Position numbers and translations under genes: made by a program. DNA of 64,000 nucleotides from Alphaproteobacteria bacterium (GTDB taxonomy: Bacteria; Pseudomonadota; Alphaproteobacteria; Rhizobiales; Aestuariivirgaceae). Shown here in pieces: positions 61,942-64,000 of the stretch (positions are counted from its first letter, which is position 1; every line of letters starts with the position of its first letter). Under the pieces are notes generated by a model that saw only the letters and a program-made list of their open reading frames with translations, was not told where the DNA came from and searched no databases. The stretch lies in the NCBI GenBank assembly GCA_028868695.1, contig JAGWTZ010000012.1, forward strand, positions 1,046-65,045, read 5' to 3'.

Positions 61942-63324
61942 ATGTCCCACGATCTCATCATCATCGGCACTGGCCCGGGCGGCTATGTTTGCGCCATCCG
62001 GGCGGCACAGCTTGGGTTGAAAGTGGCTGTGGTCGAAAAGCGCGCCACGCATGGGGGCACTTGCCTCAATGTGGGCTGCATTCCCTCCAAGGCCTTGCTG
62101 CATGCCACGGAACTGCTGGCTGAATCTAAGCACGCCTTCGCCAAGATGGGGCTGATCTCTGAGACGAAAGTGGATTTCGCCCAGATGATGGCCTTCAAGC
62201 AGGAGGCGATTGACGGCAACACCAAGGGCATCGACTTCCTGTTCAAGAAGAACAAGGTGGATGTGATCCGGGGGTCCGGCACCATAGTTGGCCCCGGCAA
62301 GGTGAAGGTGGGTGAAACGGTTCACGAGGCCAAGGCCATTGTGATTGCCACGGGTTCGGAATCCGCCAATCTCAAGGGCGTTGCGGTGGATGAAAAGCAG
62401 ATCGTCACGTCCACCGGCGCGCTGGTGCTGGAGAAGATCCCCGCGACGCTGACGGTGATTGGCGCAGGTGTCATTGGTCTGGAGCTGGGCTCGGTCTATG
62501 CGCGGCTGGGCACGAAAGTCACCGTGGTTGAATATCTCGACCGCATCCTGCCCGGCATGGACAGTGATGTGGCCAAGGCGTTCCAGCGGCTTCTGGAAAA
62601 GCAGGGCTTCACGTTCAAGCTGGGAGCCAAGGTGATGGGCGCCAAGCTTTCGGCCTCCGGCGTTGCGCTCACGGTTGAGCCGGCGGCGGGCGGGGCGGCG
62701 GAAGAGATTGACTCCGAGGTGGTTCTTGTGGCGGTGGGCCGCGTGCCCAACACGGAAGGCCTGGGCTGCGAGGCTGTGGGCATCAGGAAAGACGCGCGCG
62801 GGCGCATTGAGGTGGACGCGCATTTCGCCACTTCGGTTCCCGGCATCTATGCGCTTGGCGATGTGATCCGCGGGCCGATGCTGGCGCACAAGGCCGAGGA
62901 TGAGGGCGTGGCGGTGGCCGAACTGATCGCGGGCCAGGCCGGGCATGTGAATTATGATGTGATTCCCGGTGTGGTTTACACCACGCCGGAACTGGCCAGC
63001 GTGGGCAAGACCGAGGATGAGCTGAAGCAGGCAAATGTTAACTACAAGGCCGGAAAGTTCCTGTTCCTGGCCAATGGCCGCGCCAAGGCGAACCAGACCA
63101 CGGATGGCTTCGTGAAAATCCTGGCTGATGCGAAAACCGACCGGGTTCTGGGCTGTTCGATCCTCGGGCCGCAGGCGGGAGAGTTAATTCATGAAGTGGC
63201 GGTTTTGATGGAATTTGGCGGCTCTTCGGAGGATTTGGCGCGGATTTGCCATGCCCACCCAACCCTGGCGGAAGCGGTGAAGGAAGCTGCACTTGCAGTT
63301 GCAGGCCGGGCGATCCATTCCTAA
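61942..63324 (+). CDS. lpdA: Dihydrolipoamide dehydrogenase E3
   Basis: [19 protein letters not shown] and HAHPT motifs. Confidence 0.98.
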   Translation: MSHDLIIIGTGPGGYVCAIRAAQLGLKVAVVEKRATHGGTCLNVGCIPSKALLHATELLAESKHAFAKMGLISETKVDFAQMMAFKQEAIDGNTKGIDFLFKKNKVDVIRGSGTIVGPGKVKVGETVHEAKAIVIATGSESANLKGVAVDEKQIVTSTGALVLEKIPATLTVIGAGVIGLELGSVYARLGTKVTVVEYLDRILPGMDSDVAKAFQRLLEKQGFTFKLGAKVMGAKLSASGVALTVEPAAGGAAEEIDSEVVLVAVGRVPNTEGLGCEAVGIRKDARGRIEVDAHFATSVPGIYALGDVIRGPMLAHKAEDEGVAVAELIAGQAGHVNYDVIPGVVYTTPELASVGKTEDELKQANVNYKAGKFLFLANGRAKANQTTDGFVKILADAKTDRVLGCSILGPQAGELIHEVAVLMEFGGSSEDLARICHAHPTLAEAVKEAALAVAGRAIHS

Positions 63325-63394
63325 AATTTGAGGCGATCATTTAAAGGGGCAAAAAAGTCTTTGTGTCATACAGGTTGTCATAGGGAATGGGCAC

Positions 63395-63787
63395 ATGACA
63401 AAAAGAGATATTGATATCCTCATCCTCGACGATGACATCGACCTTCTGACCAGCGTTGCGGAATTGCTGGCCGACAGCGGCTACAAGGTCAAAGGCTTTG
63501 CCGACCCGGAAAGTGCCGTGGAATTCGCCGTGGACCAGACTTTCGCGGTGGGCCTGTTTGATTTCCGGCTGGGCAGCGTGAAGAACGGCCTCGATGTGGT
63601 GGAAACCCTGCAGGTGATGGGCGCGCATTCGGCCTATGTGATGGTGACGGCGGATGTGGAACGCTCCACCCAGAACCGGGCGCAAGACCTGAAGGTTTTC
63701 GAATTCATGCGCAAGCCCGTGCAGCCGCAAGAATTGCTGGACACCGTGCAGCGCGCCATGGCCCAGGCCGAGAAGATCGCCGCCTAA
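63395..63787 (+). CDS. Single-domain response regulator (receiver only)
   Basis: ILDDD acidic pocket, LFDFRL (phospho-Asp), VTA and RKP motifs. Confidence 0.88.
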   Translation: MTKRDIDILILDDDIDLLTSVAELLADSGYKVKGFADPESAVEFAVDQTFAVGLFDFRLGSVKNGLDVVETLQVMGAHSAYVMVTADVERSTQNRAQDLKVFEFMRKPVQPQELLDTVQRAMAQAEKIAA

Positions 63788-63796
63788 ATACTGCTG

Positions 63797-64000
63797 CTAA
63801 ACGCCAGTTGTCGGCACTGGCCTTGAGCCATCCCTGAAACGCTCAAAGCGGAAGGGCGTGGGGTCAACACAGGGTTTCTCCCCTGTGATGATTTCGGCCA
63901 TCAGCTTGCCCGCACCCGGCCCCAGCCCGAAGCCATGGCCTGAATAGCCTGAGGAGACATAAAGCCCGGCGAGGGCCTGAACCGGCGCGATGGTGGGCAC
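63797..64000 (-). CDS. FAD-dependent oxidoreductase (DAO family), C-terminal fragment
   Basis: SSGYSGHGFGLGPGAG and FRFERF C-terminal motifs; runs off the window end. Confidence 0.85.
   Translation of the reverse strand: MPTIAPVQALAGLYVSSGYSGHGFGLGPGAGKLMAEIITGEKPCVDPTPFRFERFRDGSRPVPTTGV

Noticed and set aside
63364-63381. TGTCAT direct repeat upstream of the response regulator, resembling a Pho box
   Set aside because: Period is 12 bp rather than the 11 bp of PhoB boxes; could still bind another OmpR-family regulator

Overview
High-GC alphaproteobacterial core chromosome; gene order and repeat types suggest Hyphomicrobiales/Rhizobiales (inference). Contents: argC/leuD, an atypical folD, htpG, yccA, tesA-ybbAP, etfBA, hbd, dapF-mtaB-ftsY-ispZ, ccmABCD (no ccmG), phaB/phaA/phaR, a PAS-GGDEF-EAL protein, atpHAGDC, a DEAD-box helicase with a long repetitive tail, iolR-iolC-iolB, and the zapE-mdh-sucCD-sucAB-lpdA cluster. 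No rRNA, tRNA, CRISPR array, transposase or integrase was recognised. The most unusual segment is the 1.7-kb gap splitting phaA from phaB (27966-29707). It holds a densely base-paired, possibly pseudoknotted ~300-nt candidate ncRNA, three related CGTC-tagged palindromes and a small HTH gene. Other highlights: a candidate sRNA upstream of htpG, a tandem DUF1127 plus cuckoo-like sRNA locus missed by the ORF track, Ivy-like and DddW-like passenger genes inside the TCA operon, and several families of palindromic repeats. All family calls come from motif recognition by eye; no database search or folding program was run. Start codons are best guesses.
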